Below, one piece after another: positions 1-11,718 of a DNA stretch of 64,000 bases. Location of the stretch: assembly GCA_937928765.1 (NCBI GenBank), contig CALFVX010000015.1, forward strand, positions 34,410-98,409, read 5' to 3'. Every line of letters begins with the position of its first letter. The first letter of the stretch is position 1. Source of the DNA: an uncultured Endomicrobiia bacterium. Lineage in GTDB: Bacteria; Elusimicrobiota; Endomicrobiia; DTEH01. Under the pieces are notes generated by a model that saw nothing but the letters and a program-made list of their open reading frames with translations, did no database searches and was not told where the DNA came from. The position numbers and the translations under genes are program-made.

Positions 1-1620
1 ATAATTTGAATCCCATATTACTTTTTCTCCACCTAACGAAGTTCTTGTTATTGGATGTTGAAGATAAAACTCAACAATTTTATCCAAATTTAAATTTAAC
101 TTCGATTCTTTACATATTTTTATTATTCCATCTGCTATTTTTTTTACACCATAAGGATCAGAACTTCCTGTTGGTAAATTATCAGATATACACATATCTA
201 TTAAATCCGAAATTTTATTTGATAAAGAAAACAATAATGACAATTTATTTTTAGGAACATTATCATCATAACTTTTTGGTAAATAATGTTCTTGGCAACA
301 TTCTGCTATCTCCAATGGCAAATTATTATTTTTACAATATTCACTGAAATAAATTCTTCCTGCAACACCTATCAATTCTGGATACTCATAAACTATCTGG
401 GTAGTTAAATCGTTTTTTATAATTTTTGAAGTTAAATCTATAATATTATCTTCTATTTGAAAACCTAATTCTTCATTTATAAACTCTGCTAACTGTTTTA
501 TTCTTAAAACTTTGTCATAATATAAACTATCTAACTTTGCATTATAAATTATACCTTTAAGCTGTTCAAGTCTTAAAATAAAATCTATTTTTTTATCTGT
601 TTCATAATAATATTTCACATCATCTAATCTTGCTATTAAAACTTTTTCATAACCTTTTTTAATATCATCTAAAAATTCTGAAAATCCATTTTTTACACCT
701 ATGAATAAATTAACCAGTTTATCATCGTTGGTATATACAGGAATAAATTTTTGTTTTGTTTTCATACAGATGATTATAAACTCTTTAGGAAGAGATAAAA
801 AATCTTCAGAAATGCTACACAAAACACAACTCGGATACTCAACTATATGTAATATTTCTTTAAATAAATTTTCATCATTGTCTACTTTTAATTCTTTTTT
901 GCTAATTTTTAAAACATCTCTTATATTTTCAATTAAAATCTCTAACCTTTCTTCTTCATCAAAAATGATACATTCGTTTCTTAAAGTTTCGAAATACGAT
1001 TCTGCTAAAGATATATATTTTTTAGCAGTAATTTTTATTTTTTTTAAAGGAAAAGTTTTTATTCCATAAGTATAATTTGTAGAATTTAATGACAAAAATT
1101 TTGTTTTTATAAAATTATTACCATAAATAATCAAAACATTACGTATTGGTCTTGGAAATTTAAATTGTGTTTCATCCCAAAGCATTTGCTTAGGATAAGA
1201 AAGTTTACAAACTATATCATACAAAATTTTAGAAATAACACTCTTAACATTTACTCCACCATAAATTTTTTTCAAAGCTACAAATTTCCCCTTTTGTGTC
1301 TCTTTAATATATAAATCTTTTAATTCTGAAAAATTCTTTTTGGCAAATCCTACTGCTGCTTGTGTATATTCATTATCTTTTATAGCAATATTTACTGAAG
1401 GACCAATTATTTCTTGTACAACTTTTTTAGTATATTCAGAAAGATTTTTAATATAAACTATCAATCTTACTGGTGTAATATATGTATTAATATTATCATA
1501 TTCAAAATTATATTTTTTTAAAACCTCACCTGAAACAATCTTTAGTTGATTTTTATATTCTTCTATACACGACGATGGTAATTCTTCAGTATAAATTTCT
1601 ATTACTAAATTTTTTTTCAT
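1..1620 (-). CDS. glyS: glycine--tRNA ligase beta subunit (partial; C-terminus lies beyond window start)
   Basis: Not in the ORF track because it runs off the window edge. My translation of the minus strand from ATG 1620..1618 gives [20 protein letters not shown]..., which matches the conserved GlyS N-terminus (E. coli ...FLVEIGTEELP...). Start overlaps the glyQ stop as ATGA. Lies immediately downstream of glyQ, as in split glyQS systems. Confidence 0.8.
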   Translation of the reverse strand, partial: MKKNLVIEIYTEELPSSCIEEYKNQLKIVSGEVLKKYNFEYDNINTYITPVRLIVYIKNLSEYTKKVVQEIIGPSVNIAIKDNEYTQAAVGFAKKNFSELKDLYIKETQKGKFVALKKIYGGVNVKSVISKILYDIVCKLSYPKQMLWDETQFKFPRPIRNVLIIYGNNFIKTKFLSLNSTNYTYGIKTFPLKKIKITAKKYISLAESYFETLRNECIIFDEEERLEILIENIRDVLKISKKELKVDNDENLFKEILHIVEYPSCVLCSISEDFLSLPKEFIIICMKTKQKFIPVYTNDDKLVNLFIGVKNGFSEFLDDIKKGYEKVLIARLDDVKYYYETDKKIDFILRLEQLKGIIYNAKLDSLYYDKVLRIKQLAEFINEELGFQIEDNIIDLTSKIIKNDLTTQIVYEYPELIGVAGRIYFSEYCKNNNLPLEIAECCQEHYLPKSYDDNVPKNKLSLLFSLSNKISDLIDMCISDNLPTGSSDPYGVKKIADGIIKICKESKLNLNLDKIVEFYLQHPITRTSLGGEKVIWDSNY

Positions 1621-2477
1621 AGATTATTCAATTCTAAATATTTTTTTGCAATTTTACTTGCCAAGTTTCTTATTTTTGCAATAAATAAAGCACGTTCTTG
1701 ATAAGAAATGGCTCCCTTTGCATCTAACAAATTAAATAAATGAGAACATTTCAAAAGAAAATCATATGCTACAATATATAAATCCTCATTTAATAATCTT
1801 AAGCATTCACTATAACAATCTTCAAAATGTTTTCTTATAATCTCTACATTAGATAATTCAAAATTATACTTACACCATTGTCTTTCATCTTCTAAATGCA
1901 TATCCTTATATTTGTAATCTTTGTTCCAAACAATATCAAAAACAGAATCCTTATTTTGTGAAACCATAGCAAGCCTTTCTAATCCATAAGTAATTTCACA
2001 AGAAATAGGTTGCAAATCAACACCTCCTACTTGTTGAAAATAAGTGAACTGTGTTATTTCCATACCGTCTAGCCATACTTCCCAACCTAACCCCCACGCA
2101 CCAAGTGTTGGACTTTCCCAATCATCTTCTACAAATCTTATATCATGCTGTTTAATTTTTATACCCATAGCTTCTAACGATGCTAAATAAACCTGTTGAA
2201 CATTTCGTGGCGGTGGTTTAAGTATTACCTGATATTGGTAATAATGTTGTAACCTATTAGGATTTTCAGCATATCTACCATCAGTTGGCCTTCGTGATGG
2301 CTCAACATAACAAACTCTCCATGGTTTTTTACCTAAACAACCAAAAAATGTTGCTGGATTAAATGTACCTGCACCTTTTTCTAAATCATATGGTTGCCAT
2401 AAAAGACAACCTTGTTTTGTCCAAAATTTATCTAATGTTAATATTATCTCTTGAAAAGACATAAATTTTATTTTCAT
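1617..2477 (-). CDS. glyQ: glycine--tRNA ligase alpha subunit
   Basis: 286 aa with strongly conserved GlyQ blocks ([63 protein letters not shown]). Confidence 0.95.
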   Translation of the reverse strand: MKIKFMSFQEIILTLDKFWTKQGCLLWQPYDLEKGAGTFNPATFFGCLGKKPWRVCYVEPSRRPTDGRYAENPNRLQHYYQYQVILKPPPRNVQQVYLASLEAMGIKIKQHDIRFVEDDWESPTLGAWGLGWEVWLDGMEITQFTYFQQVGGVDLQPISCEITYGLERLAMVSQNKDSVFDIVWNKDYKYKDMHLEDERQWCKYNFELSNVEIIRKHFEDCYSECLRLLNEDLYIVAYDFLLKCSHLFNLLDAKGAISYQERALFIAKIRNLASKIAKKYLELNNL

Positions 2478-2482
2478 AATTT

Positions 2483-3241
2483 TTAAAAATTAACTTCATA
2501 CCTTAATGGTCTGTGAAGATAATTCTGTAAATATAAAAATATAAATTTTGAAACTTCATCAATAACTTCTGTATCAACTTTTAATTTTTCAATTTCTTCA
2601 GCGTTAAGTTTATAAAATTTTTTTAACAGTTCTATAGCAGATAAAGAAATTTTTAATTTCTCTAAATCAGATAAAGCTAAAGTTTTTAAACATTCACTAC
2701 ATACAATTCCTTTATCTATAAAATCAAAGTAAAAATAGAATTTATTATTCAAACTACTTTTACACTTTACACATTTATTAAGCTCTGGCATATAACCACA
2801 TAGTTTTATAAATCTAAAAACGAAAGCTAAAAAAACAACTTCAATATTTTTATTGTGATCTAAAAAATCAAACATCCTTTTTATTAAAAAAAATTTATTT
2901 TCGTCTTTTCCACATTCAAAAGTCAATGCATCAACAAGATCTAAAATTCTACAGGTATATTCATATATCTTAAAATTTTCTCTTAATTTATCATTAAAAT
3001 TTAAAACTTTTCCTCCAGCAAATTTAAAAGTAGTATCATAATTTTTATTCTTTAATTTTACAATCTGTAATTCAACTTCTGTTGCTGGTTCTAAAAAAGA
3101 AATAAATTTTGAAGTAATTTTGTTTACACTTTTAAAAAAAACTTTAACTTTTCCTAACTGCAACGAATAAATTGTTGCTATCTTATCATATTCTGAAAAA
3201 TTTTTCCTATTTATAACAAAACCGTTTATTATACAATACAT
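2483..3241 (-). CDS. recO: DNA repair protein RecO
   Basis: 252 aa; size matches RecO and it carries a C-terminal CxxC...CxxC zinc motif (CVKCKS...CSEC). Confidence 0.7.
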   Translation of the reverse strand: MYCIINGFVINRKNFSEYDKIATIYSLQLGKVKVFFKSVNKITSKFISFLEPATEVELQIVKLKNKNYDTTFKFAGGKVLNFNDKLRENFKIYEYTCRILDLVDALTFECGKDENKFFLIKRMFDFLDHNKNIEVVFLAFVFRFIKLCGYMPELNKCVKCKSSLNNKFYFYFDFIDKGIVCSECLKTLALSDLEKLKISLSAIELLKKFYKLNAEEIEKLKVDTEVIDEVSKFIFLYLQNYLHRPLRYEVNF

Positions 3242-3244
3242 ATT

Positions 3245-4660
3245 TTATTTTAGAACATTATTTAGTTGAGGCAAAATAATCTGTGCTATTTTAAAATAAA
3301 TTATTAACCCAAAAACATCTATTACACTTGTGATTACAGGACCTGTAAGAACTGCTGGATCTAACCCCATCCTTTTAGATATAACAGGTAAAAAAATTCC
3401 TGTTGAAATTGCTAAGATTATCAGACAAACCATCGTAATCCCTACAACTAAAGAAACATCAAAACCAACACCTAAACTTAATCCTCTAAAAAAAGCAAGA
3501 ATTCCAACACACAATGCCATCATTAGCGCAGATATTATCTCAAGTTTTATCACACGAAATATATCTTTAAAACTCACATCTCCTGTTGAAAAACTACGTA
3601 TTAAAATAGTAGCTGTTTGTGCACCAGCATTGCCTCCTGTGTCTAACAGCATAGGTATAAAAAATGTTAAAGCAACAACAGAAGAAATTGCATGTTCAAA
3701 AGTTTTCAATACTGTCCCTGTTAAAAAATCAAAAATTAACAACAAGGTTAACCATCCAACACGACGTTTAAACAAATACCAAGGTGTTGCTTCTTGATAT
3801 CTTATTTCTTCTTTACCACCAATTTTACCTACTTCGTAAATTTGTTTTGTATTAAGTTGGTTTATAATATCAATTACATCATCTACTGTTATAACACCTA
3901 CTAAAATATCGTTTTCATCTACCACTGGAGCAATAACTAAATCATATTTTGCAAACAACCTTGCAACATCTTCTTGAGAAGTATTTACATTAACCTTTAT
4001 AAAATTCACACTTGACATAATATCTGAAACTTTGATATCTGAAGGTGCTGCAACAAGTTTTCTTAAAGTAACGCCTCCTAAAAGTTTTCTTTTTTCATCC
4101 ACAACATAAAATGCGTGTAAAGACGAATATTTTCTAAATCTTGATAAAGAATGAATATAATTTATTGCTTGTTTAGCAGTCATTGATGGGTACAAACTTA
4201 TAAAATAAGTGTTCATTATAATTCCAGCTGTACCTTCTTTATAATTTAATGTCTGCTGAATAAAATTAAAATCTTCTTTGTTGATACTATTTAACAATTT
4301 CTTTTTAATACGTTCTGGCAGATGTCTTACAAGTTTTACTTTTTCATCTGCAGGCATATCTTCTACAAGTTTTTCTAATGGGTTCTGCTCAAGGTTTTCT
4401 ATGACCCAACTTTGTTCCTTAGGATCCAAATCTTCAAATACAGCAATTGCCCTATTAAAATTTAATAACCTAAATATAATCAACTGTTCTTCTTTATCAA
4501 AATTATGAAATCCTTCAGCTAAATCTATAGGATGAATGTTGTTTAACACCTCTTTCAACTCAAAAAATTTTTTTTCTTTGATAAGTTGTTTTATTTCTGG
4601 AACAAATAATAATAATGAATATATTGTAGAAGTTTTGTGATTTTTTACCATAAAGTCCAC
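3245..4660 (-). CDS. mgtE: magnesium transporter MgtE
   Basis: 471 aa. N-terminal MgtE-N region, tandem CBS pair, then a C-terminal five-helix MgtE membrane domain (DTGGNAG... motif region). Confidence 0.85.
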   Translation of the reverse strand: MDFMVKNHKTSTIYSLLLFVPEIKQLIKEKKFFELKEVLNNIHPIDLAEGFHNFDKEEQLIIFRLLNFNRAIAVFEDLDPKEQSWVIENLEQNPLEKLVEDMPADEKVKLVRHLPERIKKKLLNSINKEDFNFIQQTLNYKEGTAGIIMNTYFISLYPSMTAKQAINYIHSLSRFRKYSSLHAFYVVDEKRKLLGGVTLRKLVAAPSDIKVSDIMSSVNFIKVNVNTSQEDVARLFAKYDLVIAPVVDENDILVGVITVDDVIDIINQLNTKQIYEVGKIGGKEEIRYQEATPWYLFKRRVGWLTLLLIFDFLTGTVLKTFEHAISSVVALTFFIPMLLDTGGNAGAQTATILIRSFSTGDVSFKDIFRVIKLEIISALMMALCVGILAFFRGLSLGVGFDVSLVVGITMVCLIILAISTGIFLPVISKRMGLDPAVLTGPVITSVIDVFGLIIYFKIAQIILPQLNNVLK

Positions 4661-4676
4661 CTTAAAATCTTAAAAT

Positions 4677-5900
4677 TTAAAGTTTTTCTAATCTTACTTT
4701 TTTTATAACCTTATCAGTAGCATCCAAAATTTCAATTTTTAAATTATTAATCTCAAATTTTTCAGACACGCTTGGTATATATCCTAATTTTGTCATTATA
4801 TATCCACCTATTGTAACAACTCCTTCGTCTTCAAAATTTATATCAAAAATTTCTGCAATATTTTTAATACTTTCATCACCGTTTACTACTATTATATTAT
4901 TATTTACAAATTTTATTTTTTCCTCTTTTATATCATACTCATCATAAATTTCTCCAACTATTTCTTCTATTATATCCTCAATTGTAACAAGTCCAACTGT
5001 AGAACCATATTCATCTACAACAATGCCCATATGATGTTGTCCTTGTTTAAATTTTTTTAAAACATCTATCACTTTTGCTGTATTAATCACAAAATATGGT
5101 TCTCTTAGGAAATCTTCTAATAGTAATATTTCTTTGTTCTGCATAGCTAAAATTATGTCTTTTGTATAAATAATTCCAATTATATTATCAATATTCCTTC
5201 TATAAACTGGAATCCGAGAATATTTAACATTGTTTAACTTTTCTATTATTTCATCTAAAGAAGCAGAACCGTCAACTGCTACTATCTCTTCCTTAGGAAC
5301 CATAACATCATAAACTCTTTTATCTGTCAACTCTAACATATTAGAATATAGAATTTTTTCTTCTTTTGAAGTATTATTAATTGAATAAACTAATTGTTTT
5401 ATCTCTTCTGCTGAAACAAAAAAACTTTCTTGTTTTTCTCCTAAAAAAATATTAATAAAATACATACTTATATTAACTAAAAATTTAGATATCGGATATA
5501 AAAATTTACTAAAGAAAAATAATTCTTTAATAAAATAGTTAATAACTTTCTGCGGATGATTTAAAGCAAAAACTTTAGGTAATATTTCTCCTATAACTAA
5601 TAATAACAAAGTAGAAAAACCTATCCATATACCCAAACTTTTAGTTAACACACCAATACCAATACATATTAGATTTGTGCCAAATAAAATTGTTCCTAAA
5701 ACAATTTCTGGCTTTGTCTCCCATAGAGAAATGTATTTTATAATATTCTCATTTTTTATCTCAAATTTTTTAGCGCTATACTTTAGCAAAGCAGTTTCTA
5801 TACTCGCAAAAAATCCTGCTGAAATTAAAAAAAATATGTAAATAAATATTTTTATAATGACTATTATGTTATCTGTTTGCAGACCTAAAATCATATTCAT
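4677..5900 (-). CDS. CNNM/CorC-family transporter (DUF21 - CBS pair - CorC_HlyC), YbeX-like
   Basis: 407 aa. N-terminal 4-TM DUF21 region, two CBS motifs and a C-terminal CorC/HlyC transporter-associated domain. Sits in a ybeZ-ybeY-ybeX-like neighbourhood. Confidence 0.75.
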   Translation of the reverse strand: MNMILGLQTDNIIVIIKIFIYIFFLISAGFFASIETALLKYSAKKFEIKNENIIKYISLWETKPEIVLGTILFGTNLICIGIGVLTKSLGIWIGFSTLLLLVIGEILPKVFALNHPQKVINYFIKELFFFSKFLYPISKFLVNISMYFINIFLGEKQESFFVSAEEIKQLVYSINNTSKEEKILYSNMLELTDKRVYDVMVPKEEIVAVDGSASLDEIIEKLNNVKYSRIPVYRRNIDNIIGIIYTKDIILAMQNKEILLLEDFLREPYFVINTAKVIDVLKKFKQGQHHMGIVVDEYGSTVGLVTIEDIIEEIVGEIYDEYDIKEEKIKFVNNNIIVVNGDESIKNIAEIFDINFEDEGVVTIGGYIMTKLGYIPSVSEKFEINNLKIEILDATDKVIKKVRLEKL

Positions 5901-6855
5901 CCAAAATTTCTCCTACAAGTTCTTCTATTATATCTTCTAATGTTACTATACCACAAAATCTTTTATTATCATCTACAACTTTTGCAATTAATATCTGAGT
6001 CTCTTTAAATTTTTTTAACACATCTTTAGCTTTATCTTTTAAGCTTACTTCAAGTATAGGATGTATAATGTCATTTATACTACATTCTGAAGTAGAACAT
6101 AAATAAAACAAATCTTTTATTAAAACATAGCCAATAATCTTTTCGTAAGAACCATTATATAATGGTATTCTTGTTTTCCCAGTCTCTATTAATTCTGTAA
6201 TTATATGTTGGAAATCTTTTTTTGATATATCAATCATTGCAACTTTCTCTTTGGGAACTAAAATATCTTTTATTATTACATCTTCAAATTTTACAGCTCG
6301 TTCTAAAAATTCGTTTATATCCTTTTGCAAAATTTGTTTTGAAGCATCAGAAATAACCTTTTTTAACTCATCGATCTTTGTGAAATAATAATCTTGGTTT
6401 TTATTTAAGTATTTTTCTATAAAATATAAAATTGGAGAAAAAACAAAAAATATTAAATATTGTAGAATGTACAATATAAATAAAGAAATTTGTGAAAATT
6501 TTTCTGAAAAATTTTTCCCAATAAATTTTGGTATCAACTCACAAAAAACCATTACTACAAAAGTTATAGTTAACCATATTATTATCTCTTTAATTTCTCT
6601 ATTTAAATCAAATTTTAAATTTAAAAATATCTTTGTTGAAAAATAACTTAATAGCAGATTAACTACAGTGTTACTTATTATTATAGCAACCAGTATCCTG
6701 TATGGTTTAATAACCCATATATTCAAAGGTTGTTTTAAAATTTTATTTTTAATATAAAGCTTTCTTATTTTATAATCAGGTAAAGAAGTTAATGCAGATT
6801 CACTACCTGAGAAAAAAAATGAAAAAATCATTAAAAATAAAATATAAATAATCAT
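5869..6855 (-). CDS. DUF21-CBS domain membrane protein (shorter CNNM/CorC paralog)
   Basis: 328 aa. Hydrophobic DUF21-like N-terminus plus a CBS pair (…GIVTLEDIIEELVGEI…), without the C-terminal CorC domain. Overlaps the downstream paralog by 32 nt. Confidence 0.65.
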   Translation of the reverse strand: MIIYILFLMIFSFFFSGSESALTSLPDYKIRKLYIKNKILKQPLNIWVIKPYRILVAIIISNTVVNLLLSYFSTKIFLNLKFDLNREIKEIIIWLTITFVVMVFCELIPKFIGKNFSEKFSQISLFILYILQYLIFFVFSPILYFIEKYLNKNQDYYFTKIDELKKVISDASKQILQKDINEFLERAVKFEDVIIKDILVPKEKVAMIDISKKDFQHIITELIETGKTRIPLYNGSYEKIIGYVLIKDLFYLCSTSECSINDIIHPILEVSLKDKAKDVLKKFKETQILIAKVVDDNKRFCGIVTLEDIIEELVGEILDEYDFRSANR

Positions 6856-7277
6856 AATATATCTTCTTCCTTTAATAATTTTAAAATTTCCTCACCTTTT
6901 TTTAACATTTTTTTTCTTTTTTTGTAAGTATTATCTTTCATCCCTATAAAATGTAATACACCATGAATAATCACAAATACAAATTCTTCTCTTGGTAAAA
7001 TTCTTAAAGTTCTTGCATTTTTTATAACTTGCTCTATAGATATGATTATATCAGCACAACTATTATCATACTTAAAACATAAAATATCAGTAGAATAATT
7101 TTTGTTTAAAAATTTTTTATTAAATCTTTTTATTTCTTTATTGTCAGTAAATATAAAATTTAGCTCTAAATTTTTATTATTTTTTATCAAATTATTTATT
7201 ATTTCAACTATAAGATCTTTTGTCTTTTTTGTAGAAATAATTTTTTTTTCTGTTTTATAAAACAAGTTTATTTTCAT
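6852..7277 (-). CDS. ybeY: rRNA maturation endoribonuclease YbeY
   Basis: 141 aa with the IIHGVLHFIGMKD metal-binding block (H-x3-H; the third ligand position is Asp, not His). Conserved position between the phoH-like and corC-like genes. Confidence 0.75.
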   Translation of the reverse strand: MKINLFYKTEKKIISTKKTKDLIVEIINNLIKNNKNLELNFIFTDNKEIKRFNKKFLNKNYSTDILCFKYDNSCADIIISIEQVIKNARTLRILPREEFVFVIIHGVLHFIGMKDNTYKKRKKMLKKGEEILKLLKEEDIL

Positions 7278-7288
7278 TAAAATAGAAT

Positions 7289-8854
7289 TTATTTTTCTTC
7301 ACCACGATATGTTCTTAAATGATAAAAACTAATCAACATTTGAGTAATTATATTTGAAATTTTATACAGATCCCTTAAGGTCAAAGGGACTTCATCAAAT
7401 TGTCCTTCTACAAATTTTGTATTAATTACTCTTTCTATTGTTTCTTTAATTTTTTGTGCGTCAGGCTCTGCTATACTTCTACAAGCAGCCTCGCACGAAT
7501 CACAAATCATTACCACAGCAGCCTCTTTTGTTTGAGGTTTTGGTCCAGGATAGCGTAAAATTTCTTTGTCAAAAAAACCTAATTCTAAGGTTTTGTCGTA
7601 AAGGCCGTATATTATAGAATTTCCATGGTGTTGTTGAATAATATCAATAATTGCCTGATCAAGTTTATGCTCTTTAGCTAATTTCACTCCTTCTTTTACA
7701 TGATTTACTATTACTAAAGCAGAAAGTGATGGATTGATCTCAGAATGTGGATTTTTAACAGCAATTTGATTTTCAATAAAATATTCTGGATTTGCAATTT
7801 TTCCTATATCGTGATAATATCCAGCTACTTTACATAATAAATAATTTAATCCTAAACTCACAGAAACATTTTCAGCTAAAGAAGATACTATAATTGAATG
7901 ATGATAAGTTCCTGGTGCTTCAGCCATCATCTGTTTTAACAAAGGATTATTAAAATTAGATAGTTCAACTAATTTTATGTTAGTAGTTCTTTGATATATT
8001 GCTTCTAACAACGGAGAAAAAACTGATATTACTAACCAACTTAATATCCCGCTTAATATATGATAAAAAGGTAAATTAAATAAATTTAAATTATAAACAG
8101 AGCCAAATTTATCTAAAGAAAAAATAAGGATACTATAGTAATTATTTTTTGTTATAAAAATCAAACTTATAGAAATCAAAAAATTTATAACTGTTGTCTT
8201 AAAAACAATTGGTAACAAATCTTTTCTTGAAAAAATTTTTTCTACTTTAGTCAAACTATATAGAGATGTTAAAAAATAAAAAACAATAATTATAAAAACA
8301 TTTATTTCATTTATGTAATATATAAATCCTGACAAAAATGAATTTAATAAAATAAAAGCTAAACCCCACCAATATCCAATTAATAAACCTGATAAAATAG
8401 CAAACCCGCTTACAGGAAAAATATAAAAATTCAAATTATTTATTTTAAAAATAAGAAGTATTACTGTATTAAATAATGTTAATGTCCAAAATAAAATTAA
8501 ATCTTTTTTATACTGTAATTTCTGTAATCCAACAGAAATTTGTATATAGTTAATAAAAAATTTATATATTTTTGAAATAATATAAATTACTGTCAAAAAA
8601 CAACTTGTCTTGACTAATATAAGAAAAAATATTGTTATATTGCTACCATAAAATATATCATTAAACATTCTAACGTATGTAATTCCTATAATGATAAAAA
8701 CAAAAATTACTGCCAAACCCCACCATGGAACTACATGCTCTGTTTTTATAACTTTTACTCTAGAAGTTATTTCTACACTTTGTTCTACTTTTTCTATTTT
8801 ATCTAACCATTTAATAAGTATTGGTTTAATCTTTATAAAAAATTTTTTAAACAT
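7289..8854 (-). CDS. 7TM-receptor/HD-domain membrane phosphohydrolase (PgpH/YqfF family)
   Basis: 521 aa. Multiple N-terminal TM helices, then an HD domain (GYYHDIGK, HHGNS). Classic phoH-(7TM-HD)-ybeY operon context. Confidence 0.8.
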   Translation of the reverse strand: MFKKFFIKIKPILIKWLDKIEKVEQSVEITSRVKVIKTEHVVPWWGLAVIFVFIIIGITYVRMFNDIFYGSNITIFFLILVKTSCFLTVIYIISKIYKFFINYIQISVGLQKLQYKKDLILFWTLTLFNTVILLIFKINNLNFYIFPVSGFAILSGLLIGYWWGLAFILLNSFLSGFIYYINEINVFIIIVFYFLTSLYSLTKVEKIFSRKDLLPIVFKTTVINFLISISLIFITKNNYYSILIFSLDKFGSVYNLNLFNLPFYHILSGILSWLVISVFSPLLEAIYQRTTNIKLVELSNFNNPLLKQMMAEAPGTYHHSIIVSSLAENVSVSLGLNYLLCKVAGYYHDIGKIANPEYFIENQIAVKNPHSEINPSLSALVIVNHVKEGVKLAKEHKLDQAIIDIIQQHHGNSIIYGLYDKTLELGFFDKEILRYPGPKPQTKEAAVVMICDSCEAACRSIAEPDAQKIKETIERVINTKFVEGQFDEVPLTLRDLYKISNIITQMLISFYHLRTYRGEEK

Positions 8855-8862
8855 ATCTAATT

Positions 8863-9846
8863 TTACTCTTTTTTATTATGTTGTTTTTTTTCCCATTCTT
8901 CATAAGCTTTTACAATTTTTTTTACCAGTTTATGTCTAACTATATCATTTTCTGTGAAATTAACAAATTTTATTTCTTCAATGTTTTTAAGTATATCTAT
9001 AATTAAAATAAGTCCAGATTTCTTGGTATTATCCAAATCTATCTGTGTTATATCTCCTGTAACAACTAACTGCGAATTAAAACCTAACCTTGTAAGAAAC
9101 ATCTTCATTTGTTCAGGTGTGGTATTCTGTGCTTCATCTAATATTACGAAAGCATCGTTTAAAGTTCTTCCTCTCATATAAGCCAAAGGTATTATTTCTA
9201 TTATTTCTTCATCTAAATATCTTCTTAATTTATCCGGACCTAAAAGAACAAAAAATGCGTCATATAAAGGTTTTAAATATGGATTAATTTTATCATATAA
9301 ATCTCCTGGCAAAAATCCCAACTTTTCACCTGCTTCCACTACAGGTCTTGTTAAAACTACTTTGTAAACTTCATTTCTTTCTAACTTCATTATAGCAGAC
9401 ATTACTGCAAGAAATGTTTTCCCTGTACCTGCTGGACCTATCCCTATAACTATATCATATTCGTCCATCATTTCTAAATATAATTTTTGTGTTGGAGTTT
9501 TTGGTTTTATAATTTCACCATCGTATGCAAGAAATTCATACTTCTTTAAAAAAGTTACTTTTTTTTGTTCTTGTAAAGATGATATTTCTGGTCTTTTATA
9601 AAAAATATTTTCTTCTGAAATAGAAGATGATTCTTTCCCTAAAGAAAGATGTTGCAAAGATAAATACGCTTTTTCAACATTTTCTTTAGAACCTATCACA
9701 TCAATTTCAAATCCTTCTTCATCAGGCAAAGGATAATAATAAATCTCTACTTTATTAAATTTTTCAATATATCTTATATTTTTATCCTGTTCTCCTATAA
9801 GATTAATTAATTCTTTTTTATTTTTAACATATATTTTTTTCTTCAT
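8863..9846 (-). CDS. PhoH-like ATPase (YbeZ)
   Basis: 327 aa; Walker A GPAGTGKT; PhoH-like P-loop domain with an N-terminal extension. Confidence 0.85.
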   Translation of the reverse strand: MKKKIYVKNKKELINLIGEQDKNIRYIEKFNKVEIYYYPLPDEEGFEIDVIGSKENVEKAYLSLQHLSLGKESSSISEENIFYKRPEISSLQEQKKVTFLKKYEFLAYDGEIIKPKTPTQKLYLEMMDEYDIVIGIGPAGTGKTFLAVMSAIMKLERNEVYKVVLTRPVVEAGEKLGFLPGDLYDKINPYLKPLYDAFFVLLGPDKLRRYLDEEIIEIIPLAYMRGRTLNDAFVILDEAQNTTPEQMKMFLTRLGFNSQLVVTGDITQIDLDNTKKSGLILIIDILKNIEEIKFVNFTENDIVRHKLVKKIVKAYEEWEKKQHNKKE

Positions 9847-9850
9847 AGCT

Positions 9851-11602
9851 TTAAACTTTTATTTTGATATTTAATTCATCAAGTTGTTTTCTTTCTACAT
9901 TTGATGGCGCCCCTGTCAACAAACACACACCTTTTTGTGTTTTTGGAAAAGCTATTACATCTCTTATTGACTTTGAATCTGTAAGAATAGCCAAAAGACG
10001 GTCAAATCCTAAAGCAATACCACCGTGTGGTGGAGCACCATACTGTAAGGCTTCTATAAAAAATCCAAATCTATTATTTATGTCTTCGTCAGATAATTTC
10101 AAAATTTTAAAAATTTTCTGTTGTAGTTCATAATTATGTATTCTTATACTACCACCACCAAGTTCTATCCCGTTTAAAACAATATCATACGCTTTAGAAC
10201 GAACTTTTAAAGGTTCGTCTTCTAAAAATTTTATATCTTCTTGTTTAGGAGCTGTAAATGGATGATGTACACTTACAATACGGCTTTCTTCTTCAGAAAA
10301 TTCAAACAATGGAAAATCTACGATCCATACAAATTTATATTTTTTATTATCTATTAAATCGAAATCTTCTGCTAACTTCTGCCTTAGTATACCTAGTAGT
10401 TGACAACTCTTTTTATGTTCTCCAGCAGAAAAAAATAAAATTTCATTATTATTTAAATTAAGTTTTTTAGCAAGTAGATTTAGCTCTTCCTTAGAAAAAA
10501 ATTTTACAATATTTGATTCAAACTCGTTATTTAAAAATTTCATCCATGCTAAACCTTCTCCACCACAGGATTTTATAAATTCAATATAATCACTAATTTG
10601 TTGGCGAGAAAATTTTTCTCCTTGTGGTACAACTATTACATTTATTTCTCCATTATTTTTTATTACATTACTAAATACTTTAAATTCTGTATTTTTAAAA
10701 ATTTCACTAACATTTATAATCTCTAAACCATATCTTAAATCTGGTCTGTCAGTACCATATTTTGATATTGCTTCATTGTAAGAAATTCTTTTAATAGGAA
10801 GTTGAAGAGGTTCACCAAAAACATACTCAAAAATTTTTGAAATTAGTTTTTCTGTTATACTTATAACTTCTTCCTCTGAAACAAAAGACATTTCATAATC
10901 TATCTGAGTAAATTCTGGTTGTCTATCCGAACGAAGGTCTTCATCACGAAAACAACGAACTATCTGAAAGTATTTATCAATCCCAGCTATCATAAGGATT
11001 TGTTTAAACAACTGCGGTGATTGTGGTAAAGCATAAAAACTTCCAACAGATAATCTTGACGGAACCAAAAAATCTCTTGCACCTTCAGGAGTTGATTTTG
11101 TAAGAACCGGTGTTTCAATTTCAAGAAATCCTTCTGAAACAAAAAAATTACGAATAACATTCAAAAGTTCGCTTCTTAATTTTAAATTATTAAACATCTC
11201 TTTCCTACGAATATCAAGGTATCTATATTTTAACCTCAACTCTTCAGAGATATCTTTATATTCAGATATTTCAAAAGGCAATACTTTTGAAGTATTTAAA
11301 ACTTCGAGTTCAGAACATAGAACCTCAACTTCTCCTGAATAAAGTTTAGGATTTTCAGTACCTTTTGGACGAAATCTTACCATTCCTTTAACTTTTATTA
11401 CATATTCATTTTTTAGTTTTTCTGCTTTAGAAAACAACTCTTTATTATCTGGCTGAAAAACAATTTGTACTATACCTTCTTTATCTCTTAGATCAATAAA
11501 AATAACTCCTCCATGGTCACGTCTTGAATGTATCCAGCCAAACAAAGTGACCTCTTTGTTTAAATAATCTTTATTTATTTTACCACAATACAGTCTTTGC
11601 AT
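9851..11602 (-). CDS. aspS: aspartate--tRNA ligase
   Basis: 583 aa. N-terminal OB anticodon-binding domain, class II motifs (FRDEDLR..., [23 protein letters not shown]), and a bacterial-type insertion domain. Confidence 0.95.
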   Translation of the reverse strand: MQRLYCGKINKDYLNKEVTLFGWIHSRRDHGGVIFIDLRDKEGIVQIVFQPDNKELFSKAEKLKNEYVIKVKGMVRFRPKGTENPKLYSGEVEVLCSELEVLNTSKVLPFEISEYKDISEELRLKYRYLDIRRKEMFNNLKLRSELLNVIRNFFVSEGFLEIETPVLTKSTPEGARDFLVPSRLSVGSFYALPQSPQLFKQILMIAGIDKYFQIVRCFRDEDLRSDRQPEFTQIDYEMSFVSEEEVISITEKLISKIFEYVFGEPLQLPIKRISYNEAISKYGTDRPDLRYGLEIINVSEIFKNTEFKVFSNVIKNNGEINVIVVPQGEKFSRQQISDYIEFIKSCGGEGLAWMKFLNNEFESNIVKFFSKEELNLLAKKLNLNNNEILFFSAGEHKKSCQLLGILRQKLAEDFDLIDNKKYKFVWIVDFPLFEFSEEESRIVSVHHPFTAPKQEDIKFLEDEPLKVRSKAYDIVLNGIELGGGSIRIHNYELQQKIFKILKLSDEDINNRFGFFIEALQYGAPPHGGIALGFDRLLAILTDSKSIRDVIAFPKTQKGVCLLTGAPSNVERKQLDELNIKIKV

Positions 11603-11718
11603 AACTTGAAATCCTTTCTATAATATATAAAAAAAATAACAAAATTTTTATACTAATTTTTTGTCATTATTGCAACAATAGAAAAGCAATTAAAATGACA
11701 GGTTTTTAAGGAAGGTTT

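Noticed and set aside
6-1069. Plus-strand ORFs 6..254 and 701..1069 at the window start.
   Set aside because: They are antisense to the glyS coding sequence, which continues from 1620 to the window edge on the minus strand. Their products are low-complexity and hydrophobic.
3330-3797. 155-aa plus-strand ORF inside mgtE. Similar long antisense ORFs occur at 4278..4508, 29470..29892 (in hisA), 30790..31116 (in accC), 33180..33551 and 33951..34175 (in ppdK), 36212..36637 (in ugd), 45912..46478 (in pyrC) and 46817..47092 (in pyrB).
   Set aside because: All lie antisense within well-supported conserved genes, in their relatively GC-richer segments. Their translations are low-complexity (Ser/Pro/Thr/Ile runs) with no recognisable motifs. 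This is typical shadow-ORF behaviour.
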